Shown here piece by piece: positions 1 through 9,469 of a stretch of 64,000 bases of DNA. This stretch comes from a virus: the IMG/VR virus record IMGVR_UViG_3300030098_005194, positions 1 to 64,000 of that record; one strand, 5' to 3'. The notes below the pieces were generated by a model that saw only the letters and a program-made list of their open reading frames with translations, made no database searches and was not told the DNA's origin. The position numbers were made by a program, and so were the translations under genes. Numbering within the stretch: the stretch's first letter is position 1; every line of letters begins with the position of its first letter.

Positions 1-1
1 C

Positions 2-721
2 ATGACAGCGAATACTGTTACCATAAATGCATCAACGACGAACGCCACCAGTGTCCAGAACACGCAACACGTAGCATCCCACATGTACCACGCATTCAAT
101 GCGGGTGCAGATGCCTGTGAATTGCAGGGAATGGCCCTAGTGAAAAACATGATACTTCGTGTACCCGAAGTTACGCAGACAGTTACCCGTGAGCAATTCA
201 ACGAATTGCTTGCGGAGATAGTGACCAAGGACAAAGACGGAAAGGGTCAGATTGCGTACCCGCAGGTAAATGGGAAGATGAGAACCTTCCGCAACAACCA
301 CCCAAATCTGGGCGGTCTTTCCTTTGGAAAGTGGGTCAGGGATAATGTCCCTAACGGGAAGAATTGGGCAGACAGTGACATCTCCAAGGAGATGGCAACT
401 TACGCCCTGCACCTTGGGGTGGCTCCGGCCACTCCAACCCCTGCGGAAGTCCCTGCACCAACCCTTTCGGGTATTGAGCAAATGATTGCTGATGTGGAAC
501 TACCACCTGCGCCATCTCTGGAGAGCTGGACAGTCAAGGCGGGCGATGAAGTGAGGGAGTACGAGCTTCCTTCCGAGCCCGTAGCCGTAGCCGAGGAAGC
601 TTCGATACTGATGATTAAAGCCGACCTTGTGAAAGCGGGCGTCTACACAGTCGCCCAAGCTGACAGGACTGCTGAGAAGAGGCTCAGAAAGGTTCACGGA
701 ATTATATTCGGCACAAACTGA
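2..721 (+). CDS. hypothetical protein (239 aa; could extend upstream of the window)
   Basis: Long ORF with a Pro/Ala/Thr-rich linker; no recognisable family motif; sits at the window edge. Confidence 0.7.
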   Translation: MTANTVTINASTTNATSVQNTQHVASHMYHAFNAGADACELQGMALVKNMILRVPEVTQTVTREQFNELLAEIVTKDKDGKGQIAYPQVNGKMRTFRNNHPNLGGLSFGKWVRDNVPNGKNWADSDISKEMATYALHLGVAPATPTPAEVPAPTLSGIEQMIADVELPPAPSLESWTVKAGDEVREYELPSEPVAVAEEASILMIKADLVKAGVYTVAQADRTAEKRLRKVHGIIFGTN

Positions 722-1060
722 GCGGGTAACCGCAATCAGTAGCCCAGACATTCGTAACCCCAGTGATGGCGTGAAGCCGGAGGGGGAGTACACAAATACA
801 ACTCATGTCAATTCCGGGGCGGGGGGTTACTCTTCCCCCCGTCCCACCTTCCGCTCATCGGGGCGGGGGTGTTGGCGTTCTACCCGTCCCACCCCCGCCC
901 GCACACTCTCGTTTCTTCCCCGTCCTGCCGAAGCACCGTGCAACCTCGTTGCACAACCATACGGGTGGGAAAAACCACAGGCTTGCGCAGAGAGCGCACG
1001 ATTCGGGCCTGTTGATTATCAATTGTGTGGGCATCGTTGGGGTGTTGTGTCACCCACCCA
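722..1060 (+). ncRNA. candidate structured RNA or structured 3' UTR containing a K-turn
   Basis: GCGG-GTAA-CCGC hairpin (722-733); K-turn pattern CCCC-AGT-GA-TGGC-GTGAA-GCCG-GA-GGGG (758-785); 11-bp stems 816-826/835-845 and 861-871/890-900; GTGCAAC/GTTGCAC (938-954); ACAGGCT/GGCCTGT (977-1012). Confidence 0.5.
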
Positions 1061-1061
1061 C

Positions 1062-1260
1062 CGCATTACGCACACTCGCACACGCCCCCTTACGCGTACG
1101 CATAGGTACGCATAGACGCTTACGCAACGTGGGGCTTGCATCAATACAATCAATTCAATTATTATACATACACAATAATAATGTGTGTGTAATATATGTG
1201 TGTAGGGGCATTGTTGTACACGTTCATGTTTCAAACGTCTATACGAATAATGTGAATAAC
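1062..1260. repeat. TACGCA short repeats followed by an AT-rich tract (origin- or terminus-like)
   Basis: TACGCA at 1067, 1097, 1107 and 1121; GTACGCATAG in tandem at 1096-1115; AT-rich from about 1141 to 1260. Confidence 0.45.
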
Positions 1261-1286
1261 GGGAATAATCACCCAAGGAGCTTTTT

Positions 1287-1303
1287 CTTTAAGTATACCT
1301 AGA
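1287..1303 (+). promoter_or_regulatory. conserved viral promoter motif, copy 1
   Basis: CTTTAAGTATACCTAGA about 15 nt before ATG 1318; matches copies at 5800, 8801 and 22868. Confidence 0.65.
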
Positions 1304-1317
1304 GTCGAAGACTATTG

Positions 1318-2034
1318 ATGACTGTCAAGTTAATCGAAGATACTGAACCTAACCTAGAACGCCCTGTTAATATCGTATATACTACGTGCAATAACTGCGG
1401 AGCAATCTCAAGCATTGCTGACCTTAGCTCACCCACAGACTACGACAATGCGTACGCATTCACAACCCTAGCTTGCTGTGGAAGAACACCTAACTCATGT
1501 ATGAGTTTGCACAATGAAATACCCGATGGCTCCGACTTGTTGTACTACGCATTTAGAGATGAGTATTGGAATGGCTTTCGCACCGCTAAACATAGCAACT
1601 CTCCCTTGCTAAAGAGTGTGATGGGCAGAGCTTGGTCGAATTACACAGTTGCGAAAACGATTGCACAATACCTTGTGGACAATGACATGCAAGATGGTGT
1701 GGACATCTACTTCAACTGTATGAAAGTCAGTCCGATTGCGTTGGTGTTGTATGACAATGACAAGATAGACCTTGAGCAACTGACTATGCATCCTATGGGA
1801 GAGATGCACGGTAGTCCAGAGAACAGGATGGGAGTTTACGTACACTTTGGTACGCAAATGGAAGTGCCAGTGATGGAAGGTCTTCCCATCGCATGGAGAT
1901 TCAACGACATCATGTGGGAGATTGACGATGGACATTGGGAGTTTGTGAATCCCTACGTTGGATGCTTCTACCAAGAGGACGACGTTGGGCAGTACGATAG
2001 TTACGGGAGTTGGATAGATGACAATACACAGTGA
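1318..2034 (+). CDS. hypothetical protein with N-terminal Cys cluster
   Basis: ORF directly after the promoter motif; CNNC and CC residues. Confidence 0.75.
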   Translation: MTVKLIEDTEPNLERPVNIVYTTCNNCGAISSIADLSSPTDYDNAYAFTTLACCGRTPNSCMSLHNEIPDGSDLLYYAFRDEYWNGFRTAKHSNSPLLKSVMGRAWSNYTVAKTIAQYLVDNDMQDGVDIYFNCMKVSPIALVLYDNDKIDLEQLTMHPMGEMHGSPENRMGVYVHFGTQMEVPVMEGLPIAWRFNDIMWEIDDGHWEFVNPYVGCFYQEDDVGQYDSYGSWIDDNTQ

Positions 2035-2097
2035 GATAATTGAGTGGAGAAGACACATGAGAGAATGCGCAGAAGAGGAAGAAAGGAGGAATGAAGA

Positions 2098-2583
2098 ATG
2101 ATAAGAAACTGGATAACGAAGATAGTGAATGAACAAATAACGAACGCCATGAAAGAAGACGGAGAGATAACACGCAAAGTCGCAGGGCAAATAAAACTGC
2201 ATGAACTAGCAGACTACGTAGATGCATCAGATATTGCGGAGCATTTTGATTCGTATGATATTGCACGGGAGATTGACATTGATGACATCGTGTACCACAT
2301 AGACATGAGTGATGTTGCAGGTTACATTGATACGAGCGATATGGCAGACCACTTCTCTGCTCAAGACATCGCACAACACATGGACATCGAGCATGATTGG
2401 GCAGAGGTTGCTCGCAACATGATGGAGGACTTGGAGCCAGAGCATTATGCAGAGCTACTCAGAGTGATGACGAACACTAACCCATTGATTGTGCAGAAGA
2501 TGCACGATATGGCTACCATGTTTGCAGATGTACTCAAGGTACTGCTTGCAGTAGAGGTCATAACGGAAGGCGAGGAAGAATGA
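2098..2583 (+). CDS. hypothetical protein with tandem 9-residue acidic repeats
   Basis: GGAGG upstream; LADYVDASD/IAEHFDSYD/IAREIDIDD/IVYHIDMSD/VAGYIDTSD/MADHFSAQD repeats. Confidence 0.8.
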   Translation: MIRNWITKIVNEQITNAMKEDGEITRKVAGQIKLHELADYVDASDIAEHFDSYDIAREIDIDDIVYHIDMSDVAGYIDTSDMADHFSAQDIAQHMDIEHDWAEVARNMMEDLEPEHYAELLRVMTNTNPLIVQKMHDMATMFADVLKVLLAVEVITEGEEE

Positions 2584-2810
2584 AAGATTACGACGAAGCA
2601 ACATACGAAATTGAATACGGCCCTAAGAGGTTGTACACAGTGATAGAGTGGACTGATGGCAAGAGCCTGTTCCTCGATGGGGATAGTGAGATTATCTTCA
2701 TGGAGGAATACATGGAGGCTAGGCAGTTGAGAGACTGGGAACACATGGAAAGCCTGTTCGGTATAGGCAGTGAGTATCACGGAATTGCAGATGGAGTTGA
2801 TGAAGAATGA
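2580..2810 (+). CDS. hypothetical protein
   Basis: ATGA overlaps with both neighbours. Confidence 0.75.
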   Translation: MKDYDEATYEIEYGPKRLYTVIEWTDGKSLFLDGDSEIIFMEEYMEARQLRDWEHMESLFGIGSEYHGIADGVDEE

Positions 2811-3436
2811 GAGAAGTAGAAAAGATGAGTATGGAAGAATTGCAGAGAGAAGTCAGACGGTTGCGTAACCAAGCTACGAGTTGCGACGAGAAATGGTTCA
2901 ACCCTAACTGGTGGTGGAACGACATTGATTGTGATGAGGCTTTGGACAAGTACATCAACGAGGATTACGGAACACCTGCTAGGGAATTGTTGAAGGAGTT
3001 GTACGAAGGCATCCTATCGCTTGGTGATTTCAGAAGCGGAGTGAACGATTGCAGAGTAACTACGCTGGACACAGTGACCAAGCACCATCCGTCCTACGAT
3101 GAGTTGCTTGAGAACGAGGGTGGTTGCAGAACGACCTTCACTGTGAACACCGGCATGATTGCGCAGAACTCCTTCGGCACTGTTGCACAGGAGGATGGTG
3201 TGGAATTGAAAATGAACATCAGTGTTGGGCCAATGAAGGAAGGTGGTCTGCAACGTGGTTGCTTTGAGTATTACGACAAAGATTGTGAGTGGTACGCAGA
3301 AGGTGGACTGTGGTTTGAGAACAGGGAGCTTGTGGACTTCGATGGCTCTTACTCGTTGTCCAAGTACATAGCTGACTGGCTGATTGAGCAGGGGTTCAAG
3401 GTTTCCCCTATCTATTGGGGAGGGAAGAAAGAATGA
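2807..3436 (+). CDS. hypothetical protein
   Basis: ATGA-coupled 209-aa ORF. Confidence 0.75.
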   Translation: MREVEKMSMEELQREVRRLRNQATSCDEKWFNPNWWWNDIDCDEALDKYINEDYGTPARELLKELYEGILSLGDFRSGVNDCRVTTLDTVTKHHPSYDELLENEGGCRTTFTVNTGMIAQNSFGTVAQEDGVELKMNISVGPMKEGGLQRGCFEYYDKDCEWYAEGGLWFENRELVDFDGSYSLSKYIADWLIEQGFKVSPIYWGGKKE

Positions 3437-5805
3437 CACCGGAAACAATGCACAAAGTTGTCAAGCACTTCTTGACCTACGGCGCACCCAACAGTGAGGA
3501 CTTCATTGGACCGAACAAGTTTGACTGGGACTTCTTCTGTGAGATGGGGGCTAAGAGAGAGCTTACGCAGATGGATGTGTACTGGTGTGCAAAGAGATTG
3601 CAGAAGTACAGTAGGACACAAGTGCCTCTCATCTGTGAGGATTTGGGGATACCACTTGTGAACATCAACGATGTGTACGTAGCTACTATGCTTGAGCTTG
3701 CACAGGACGATGAACCTGCGGTGTATTACACAAGGTACGTCGAGGACTGGCAGAGTGCTAAGGGTTACTCTGGACAGACCAAGCGTATTATTGTGAAGCC
3801 TAAGTTTGGTATGCGCAATGACTTGTACAATCAGCTCAGTGGTGGACTTGGCTTCCCTGCGTTCAAGTATCTGGGTAAGCACATTGGTATGTCCATTAAG
3901 GATGACACTGACACAATCAGAAAAGCATCTGTCATTATCAACGATGCCGGATTTGATACCACGCAACTACTCAGTATGCTTGAGGGTGCAGAGGTCAAGG
4001 AGGAACAACCACAGGACTACACAGTAAGATTGCACAAGGATGCGGTTGCCATGTACATACCTTACGCAAGTAGTGGGGTGCATGCACAGACTAGAATCAG
4101 TGCCAAGTCAAACGATGGTAAGTGGTTGCCTGACACAAAGGAATGGGCAGTGCCACTGGCTACTGTGAGTGACTTCCTAGATGAGATTATGAGTTTCAAT
4201 GCTGAGTTGCACACCATGGTCATGTCCATTGAAGAAGTGAACAACTACGTGTCGAACAAGGCCGAGAGGATAACGATAAGCAGTGCGCCTTCCCTGAGTG
4301 ACGAGAATGTGATTGACTCCATGAGGCAGAGATTGAGCGAGGTGTTCCCAGATGGCATGGAGCTTTACCCATTCCAGTACGCAGGTGTAAGGTTTGGTGA
4401 GCTTTCCAACGGAAGATGGTTGATTGGTGATGAGATGGGACTTGGTAAGACGGTGCAAGCCATTGCGTACATGGGACTTCACCCTGAGCAGATGCCCGCA
4501 CTGATTGTATCACCCGCAGTTGTGAAGTACAACTGGCTGAAGGAGTGTAAGACTTGGCTATCCAATGTGTACACGATGGACGTTGTTGAGAAAACCAACA
4601 GTCCCATACCAGATACGGACATCGTAATCATCAACTACGATTTGATGTCCAAGCAGAAGGACAACCTACTAGGTAGGTTCAAGACGGTTGTGTTCGATGA
4701 GTCGCATTACCTGAAGAATCGTGGTAGCAAGAGCAAGCCTGTGCAGAGAACGAAGGCGTGCATGGAAGTAGCAGAAGAGGCTGAGTGTGTCATCTGCCTT
4801 TCCGGTACTGCGATACCCAACAGACCGATTGAGTTGTGGAACACCATATCAATGCTTAGACCGACAGAGTGGAAAGGTAAGTGGCAAGACTACGTGACTA
4901 CGTACTGTGATGGTTACAGGGGTGACTTCGGTTGGGTTGTTGATGGTGCGTCGAACCAAGATGAGTTGCACAAGAAGACAAGGGACTTCATGATACGCAG
5001 ACTGAAGAAGGAAGTGTTGCCTGACCTACCCGACAAAGTGAGGCAGTACCCGGTTGTTACACCTGACGCTGACATGCTCAAGGAGTACAGGAGAGCTGCG
5101 CAGACTTGGGCAAGGGGGATGAAGAGTGACGATAGACCACCGGGTTACGTACTCAATATGCTGACTGACTTGAGGAACAGATGCGGAGAGATGAAGGCAG
5201 AACCCGCAGCACGATGGGCTCTTGAGTACCTTGAGCAGAATGACACACCCATCATTGTGTACTCACACCACCTGAAGATACACAAGATGATTGAGACGAA
5301 GATGAATGAGATGAGGCAATCGGATATGAACAAAGGTAGGACAAGACACAACAGGGCTTTGCGCATAGCAACCATAGATGGCTCAGTCGCTCCCAAGAAG
5401 AGGCAGGAGATTGTGGAGTCATTCCAGAACAACGAGCTTGATGTGCTTCTCTGTTCCACAATCGCAGCAGGTGTGGGTCTTACGCTCACCGCAGCTGACA
5501 CGGTGCTGTTCGTTGAGAGGGAGTGGGTTCCCGCACACGAAGAGCAAGCCGAGGATAGGGTGAGTAGGATTGGAGCAGAGGACAAGGACACTGTGTGGGC
5601 TGTGTATCTAACGATTGAGAATACGATTGATGCGAAGTTCAACAGGATAGTCGAGAGCAAGCGCAAGGAGATAAAGGCGATACTGGATGGTGGTGAGATT
5701 TGGGAGCGCACAAGCATACTCAACGACTTGCTGAAGGCGATGGTAGATTCGGGTGAGTTACCCAAAGATGCGTTATCCGAATATGTAGAAGGAGATTTAC
5801 TTTAA
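3433..5805 (+). CDS. SNF2/SWI2-family (SF2) helicase-like ATPase, HARP/SMARCAL1-like
   Basis: Motifs GDEMGLGKT, VFDESH, LSGTAIPNRPIELW, STIAAGVGLTLTAAD and QAEDRVSRIG; start placed at the ATGA overlap. Confidence 0.92.
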   Translation: MTPETMHKVVKHFLTYGAPNSEDFIGPNKFDWDFFCEMGAKRELTQMDVYWCAKRLQKYSRTQVPLICEDLGIPLVNINDVYVATMLELAQDDEPAVYYTRYVEDWQSAKGYSGQTKRIIVKPKFGMRNDLYNQLSGGLGFPAFKYLGKHIGMSIKDDTDTIRKASVIINDAGFDTTQLLSMLEGAEVKEEQPQDYTVRLHKDAVAMYIPYASSGVHAQTRISAKSNDGKWLPDTKEWAVPLATVSDFLDEIMSFNAELHTMVMSIEEVNNYVSNKAERITISSAPSLSDENVIDSMRQRLSEVFPDGMELYPFQYAGVRFGELSNGRWLIGDEMGLGKTVQAIAYMGLHPEQMPALIVSPAVVKYNWLKECKTWLSNVYTMDVVEKTNSPIPDTDIVIINYDLMSKQKDNLLGRFKTVVFDESHYLKNRGSKSKPVQRTKACMEVAEEAECVICLSGTAIPNRPIELWNTISMLRPTEWKGKWQDYVTTYCDGYRGDFGWVVDGASNQDELHKKTRDFMIRRLKKEVLPDLPDKVRQYPVVTPDADMLKEYRRAAQTWARGMKSDDRPPGYVLNMLTDLRNRCGEMKAEPAARWALEYLEQNDTPIIVYSHHLKIHKMIETKMNEMRQSDMNKGRTRHNRALRIATIDGSVAPKKRQEIVESFQNNELDVLLCSTIAAGVGLTLTAADTVLFVEREWVPAHEEQAEDRVSRIGAEDKDTVWAVYLTIENTIDAKFNRIVESKRKEIKAILDGGEIWERTSILNDLLKAMVDSGELPKDALSEYVEGDLL

Positions 5806-5837
5806 ATAAGACTAGAATGGAAATAATTGAAGGAGGA
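5800..5837 (+). promoter_or_regulatory. conserved promoter plus leader/SD, copy 2
   Basis: CTTTAAATAAGACTAGAATGGAAATAATTGAAGGAGGA; 37/38 identical to 8801-8838. Confidence 0.75.
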
Positions 5838-5843
5838 AAGAAA

Positions 5844-6281
5844 ATGATGAATGAAGAAAAGATGAATGAAGAAACAAAGAAATGCGCCGACTTAGTTGTT
5901 GGTGAGATGAACGACAGGATAGACGAGCTAAGGAGATTGTACGATGCGTGGTGTCAAGGCGAGGACTACGAGGACGATGCGGAGGACGAGTGGGACAAGA
6001 TTGATTGCGAGTCAATCTACGACCACGGACTGGGCTTCGACTACGTTGAGCCGAACACGTTCGATGAGCAACCGCTAGGCTACTGGCGATACCAGTTGTC
6101 ATGGGGTGGCCCCTCGGACGAGTTCAGGTATGTGGATGATGGAAGCATCGAGTATTGGTACATGGAGTGGTTCGATAGTGCGCACCGCATTCTGACGGGT
6201 CGTGACCACGCATTCATGCAGGAGTTTGCTGAGAGCTTCTTCATGATAACGCACAAGGGAAAGTGGGAGCGTGATTACTGA
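5844..6281 (+). CDS. hypothetical protein
   Basis: GGAGG about 8 nt upstream; RYQLSWGGPSDEFR segment looks like a conserved viral motif. Confidence 0.8.
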   Translation: MMNEEKMNEETKKCADLVVGEMNDRIDELRRLYDAWCQGEDYEDDAEDEWDKIDCESIYDHGLGFDYVEPNTFDEQPLGYWRYQLSWGGPSDEFRYVDDGSIEYWYMEWFDSAHRILTGRDHAFMQEFAESFFMITHKGKWERDY

Positions 6282-6407
6282 ATGAGCGGTGGATGGATTG
6301 CGTACAGGAAAGCAAAGAAGGAGATTGAGATATTGAAAATGAGAATTAAGGATTTGGAAAAAGAAGTGAAAGAAAGTCATAGTCACCGAGAGGAGGAGAT
6401 TGAATGA
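6282..6407 (+). CDS. small coiled-coil protein (41 aa; not in the ORF track)
   Basis: MSGGWIAYRKAKKEIEILKMRIKDLEKEVK...; fills the gap and ATGA-overlaps the next gene. Confidence 0.6.
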   Translation: MSGGWIAYRKAKKEIEILKMRIKDLEKEVKESHSHREEEIE

Positions 6408-6595
6408 GTGAGGACACCGCAACTATAACATGGCATGTGGACGATGTTCAAATGTACATACCAAGACTAACCCGTGACCAAGCTAGAGAAGTGTTACACG
6501 AAACAATACGAAAGCACAACGCTGAATTTGGTGTATCTTGGGATATTTTTGAGGTGTACGCAAACATGATGTTTCCGGTAGGTGATGATGAATGA
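6404..6595 (+). CDS. hypothetical protein
   Basis: ATGA coupling; GGAGG upstream. Confidence 0.7.
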   Translation: MSEDTATITWHVDDVQMYIPRLTRDQAREVLHETIRKHNAEFGVSWDIFEVYANMMFPVGDDE

Positions 6596-7323
6596 GTAAG
6601 GAGATATTTTACGCAGATACAAGAATGGGTACGTTGAGGCACACAGACCCCGACTTCAACTTCAGGGAGTGGTTTGGGGATATCATACTAGCCCGCACAC
6701 TCGCAGACTTCTATGAGTACGAGGCTGATTGCAGTAGGAACCAGTACGAGCAGATGTTGCGTGAGCTTGAGGATGAGGTTACACCGTACATTGACATCAA
6801 TGACATCGAGGATTACGATGAGAGCAGGGATTACACATGGGAGAAGGAAGCGATGGAGATGCCACGTAATGAGTGGTTTGAGTTGTGCGAGGAGGCATTG
6901 CTCAAGTCGCAAAGCACAAGGGACGGAAGGAGCTACGCATATCCTGCTTTTGAGGAATTAACAGACGCAGAGAAGTTTAGAGATAGTGTCGAATGGACAG
7001 TCCTTTGCACATTAGGTAGCACCTACGGTAAGGATGTGAGGAACAAATACGTGCGGTACAAGAAACTCAAGGAGCAGTATGAGGACTTGAAGTTAAGGGA
7101 CTTACACGTTGAACACCATTACATGAACTTCAAAAAATTGGAAGAGAGGAATGAGAAAATGAGAAACGAGATACAAGCAACACTGAACGATATGAACAAA
7201 CAACTCAATTCATTCGGCGATTCTGTGTATTCAAGAATGTCCAATGACCCCAAGATAGAGGGTTGGGTTGAGGCACTTGAGTATGTGCTAGGTCGCATGG
7301 ATGCACAGGGGGAAGAAGAATGA
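6592..7323 (+). CDS. hypothetical protein with C-terminal coiled coil
   Basis: ATGA coupling; GGTGA upstream. Confidence 0.75.
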   Translation: MSKEIFYADTRMGTLRHTDPDFNFREWFGDIILARTLADFYEYEADCSRNQYEQMLRELEDEVTPYIDINDIEDYDESRDYTWEKEAMEMPRNEWFELCEEALLKSQSTRDGRSYAYPAFEELTDAEKFRDSVEWTVLCTLGSTYGKDVRNKYVRYKKLKEQYEDLKLRDLHVEHHYMNFKKLEERNEKMRNEIQATLNDMNKQLNSFGDSVYSRMSNDPKIEGWVEALEYVLGRMDAQGEEE

Positions 7324-7649
7324 AGAAAGATGTGACGGATAAAATAACCAGACAGTCCTTAAAGAAAATTATTAAGCATTTAGATTATTTGTCCACAGAA
7401 AATTTTGGTTCGTTAAGAGAAGCACATGAACATAGAATTGAAGATGCAGGTTGGTTGTATGTAACGGCAAAATCATTGAGCGCAGAAGTTAAGCGGTTGC
7501 GTGTGATTGAGGAACAACGCATAAGGATGGGAAATGTTCTTGCTGATTATTGTATAGATGATGTGTGTGATGAGTTTTTTGAAGGCGACTACTCATTCTA
7601 TGAGAAGTTGGTTAAGGCTTACGGATGGAAAGAAGGTGATGAAGAATGA
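7320..7649 (+). CDS. hypothetical protein
   Basis: ATGA coupling. Confidence 0.7.
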   Translation: MKKDVTDKITRQSLKKIIKHLDYLSTENFGSLREAHEHRIEDAGWLYVTAKSLSAEVKRLRVIEEQRIRMGNVLADYCIDDVCDEFFEGDYSFYEKLVKAYGWKEGDEE

Positions 7650-8062
7650 GTGATAACGGAATAAAACTAATACCAATATGGATTTACTTTACAGAACAGG
7701 GTTTTACGGATGAGGAGATTGAAAACCTTACCCTAAGAGAAATTGAAAATTATCTTAACGAGGTGAGCAAAACGAAGGAATACGTCTGCTCATGGTCAAA
7801 GCTGAGAGTGAAATTGGAGACACTACCAACGATAATGAACTACCATGATGATTACAGGGGAACAATGAAAGAGATACTCAGTAAGTACCCGGACTTGGAC
7901 CCTGACGAAGAAGAGTGGTTCGCTTGGGATTATGTCGGATTGGCTGACGGATGGGGAGATTATGTCACAGGCGGAGGTGTCACCATCAACGAATTCCACG
8001 CAGACTCAAAAGTTCATGACAAGATTGAGTGCGATAACATGACCATCAGGAGGGTGGCTTGA
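7646..8062 (+). CDS. hypothetical protein
   Basis: ATGA coupling; GGTGA upstream. Confidence 0.7.
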   Translation: MSDNGIKLIPIWIYFTEQGFTDEEIENLTLREIENYLNEVSKTKEYVCSWSKLRVKLETLPTIMNYHDDYRGTMKEILSKYPDLDPDEEEWFAWDYVGLADGWGDYVTGGGVTINEFHADSKVHDKIECDNMTIRRVA

Positions 8063-8671
8063 ATGAACATATTCATACTAGATGAGAACCCAGTGAGGGC
8101 AGCACGGGCGATGGACTGTGTGAGAGTACCGAAAATGATTGTCGAGTCAGCGCAGATGATGGCCTCGGCCTTGCGCAGATGGGGAGCCACCGATGAGCAG
8201 ATGCCATTGACTAAGAGTGGCAGTCCATACAAAGGCGGTTATCATCACCACCCATGTACGATTTTTGCGGGAGATACACGTGCCAACTTCAAGTGGTTGG
8301 CTCACCATGCCGAGGCACTGTTGGACGAGTACCACCATAGATTCGGCAAAGTCCATGCTTGCCACAACCCAATCTACCAGATGTCGAGCATGAGCAAGAT
8401 AATTCCCGAAGGCAAACTTACGCCATTCGCACTGGCTATGCCTGATGAGTATAGACCTACGGAACCATCAACATCGCTTCTGGACAATGACACGTTTGCT
8501 AAACAAGGTGTTGGATTCAACTCAGACAATGAGATGATTATCACACACGCAGACGGCGAAGATGCGGTCAAGGCGTACCGTGCCTACTACCACTCCAAGA
8601 TACACAGTGCAGGTGGTGTGCATTACAGACACACAAGCCCGCCTGATTGGTGGATGGGGGTGACGGCATGA
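8063..8671 (+). CDS. pyrimidine-dimer DNA glycosylase / T4 endonuclease V-like family protein
   Basis: MNIFILDENP..AA...KMIVESAQM...HHPCT...ANFKWL...EY..RFGKVH matches the phage family usually annotated as pyrimidine-dimer glycosylase. Confidence 0.7.
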   Translation: MNIFILDENPVRAARAMDCVRVPKMIVESAQMMASALRRWGATDEQMPLTKSGSPYKGGYHHHPCTIFAGDTRANFKWLAHHAEALLDEYHHRFGKVHACHNPIYQMSSMSKIIPEGKLTPFALAMPDEYRPTEPSTSLLDNDTFAKQGVGFNSDNEMIITHADGEDAVKAYRAYYHSKIHSAGGVHYRHTSPPDWWMGVTA

Positions 8672-8853
8672 TAACAGAGAGTGGAACATACATTTGCATC
8701 TTTTGTGCAAGAGAGGACACTTGCGTGAGATTGCCAAAAAGGAAGTGTATTAGCATGATGAATAATATAGATTATAAAGCGTACGTGCAAGAAAGATTCT
8801 CTTTAAATAAGACTAGAATGGAAATAACTGAAGGAGGAGGAAAAAATGAATGA
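8668..8853 (+). CDS. small Cys-containing hypothetical protein
   Basis: ATGA overlap with the upstream gene; CIFC; runs across the next promoter, so less certain. Confidence 0.4.
   Translation: MITESGTYICIFCAREDTCVRLPKRKCISMMNNIDYKAYVQERFSLNKTRMEITEGGGKNE
8801..8838 (+). promoter_or_regulatory. conserved promoter plus leader/SD, copy 3
   Basis: CTTTAAATAAGACTAGAATGGAAATAACTGAAGGAGGA upstream of ATG 8846. Confidence 0.75.
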
Positions 8854-9469
8854 TGATGAAACAAAAGAAAAAGAAATGATAGAATGCTTTGATGGTGTTG
8901 AACGTGAAGTTACGCAAGAAGATTGGAGTGGTGTTGTGGTTGGGTTGGTCGATTTCAACAATTTCCACCCAGAGAAAGGCTTCGCTATGCGTCTGTTCAC
9001 TGATTGGAATAACGTGACGTACAATACCATAGAGTCTGTTATTGAGGGTAGTGGTAAGATTGTGAAGAAGCTTGTGTTAAGTGACAAGTGGAATGACTTT
9101 GTGAAGTATCACAGAGATGATGATTGCGTTGGAGAGTGGTACGAAATACATTATGATGGTGTTGTTGCGGAGGGAGAAAGACCCTACGGTTGTTCGGCAT
9201 CAACGTACAGTTGGAACCGTTGGGTTCAGTACCTACCAACGAGGTCGTGGACATTCCACCGACGTGCAGTGTGGAAGAAGAACGGGGCATCGAACAGCGG
9301 GAAGATAATAACCCGTGAAAGAGCCCGTGAGGAGTTTGAGCAGTATAACACACGCATTGAGATGAGTCCAAAGTACACTGGTGAGCAGAATGGTGGTAAC
9401 ATGAGAGAGAAGGCAGAGATAATGGAAGATAGAGCGAAGGAAGCAGGACTAGAGGTGATTATTGAATGA
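8846..9469 (+). CDS. hypothetical protein
   Basis: First gene after the promoter; GGAGG SD. Confidence 0.8.
   Translation: MNDDETKEKEMIECFDGVEREVTQEDWSGVVVGLVDFNNFHPEKGFAMRLFTDWNNVTYNTIESVIEGSGKIVKKLVLSDKWNDFVKYHRDDDCVGEWYEIHYDGVVAEGERPYGCSASTYSWNRWVQYLPTRSWTFHRRAVWKKNGASNSGKIITRERAREEFEQYNTRIEMSPKYTGEQNGGNMREKAEIMEDRAKEAGLEVIIE

Noticed and set aside
919-965. Three-way junction as a hammerhead ribozyme
   Set aside because: CTGCCGA deviates from CUGANGA and there is no correctly placed GAAA core
771-1302. ORFs 771-1115 and 805-1302
   Set aside because: Low-complexity Arg/Pro/His translations arising from GC-rich stems and repeats; no SD or coupling, and unlike the neighbouring genes
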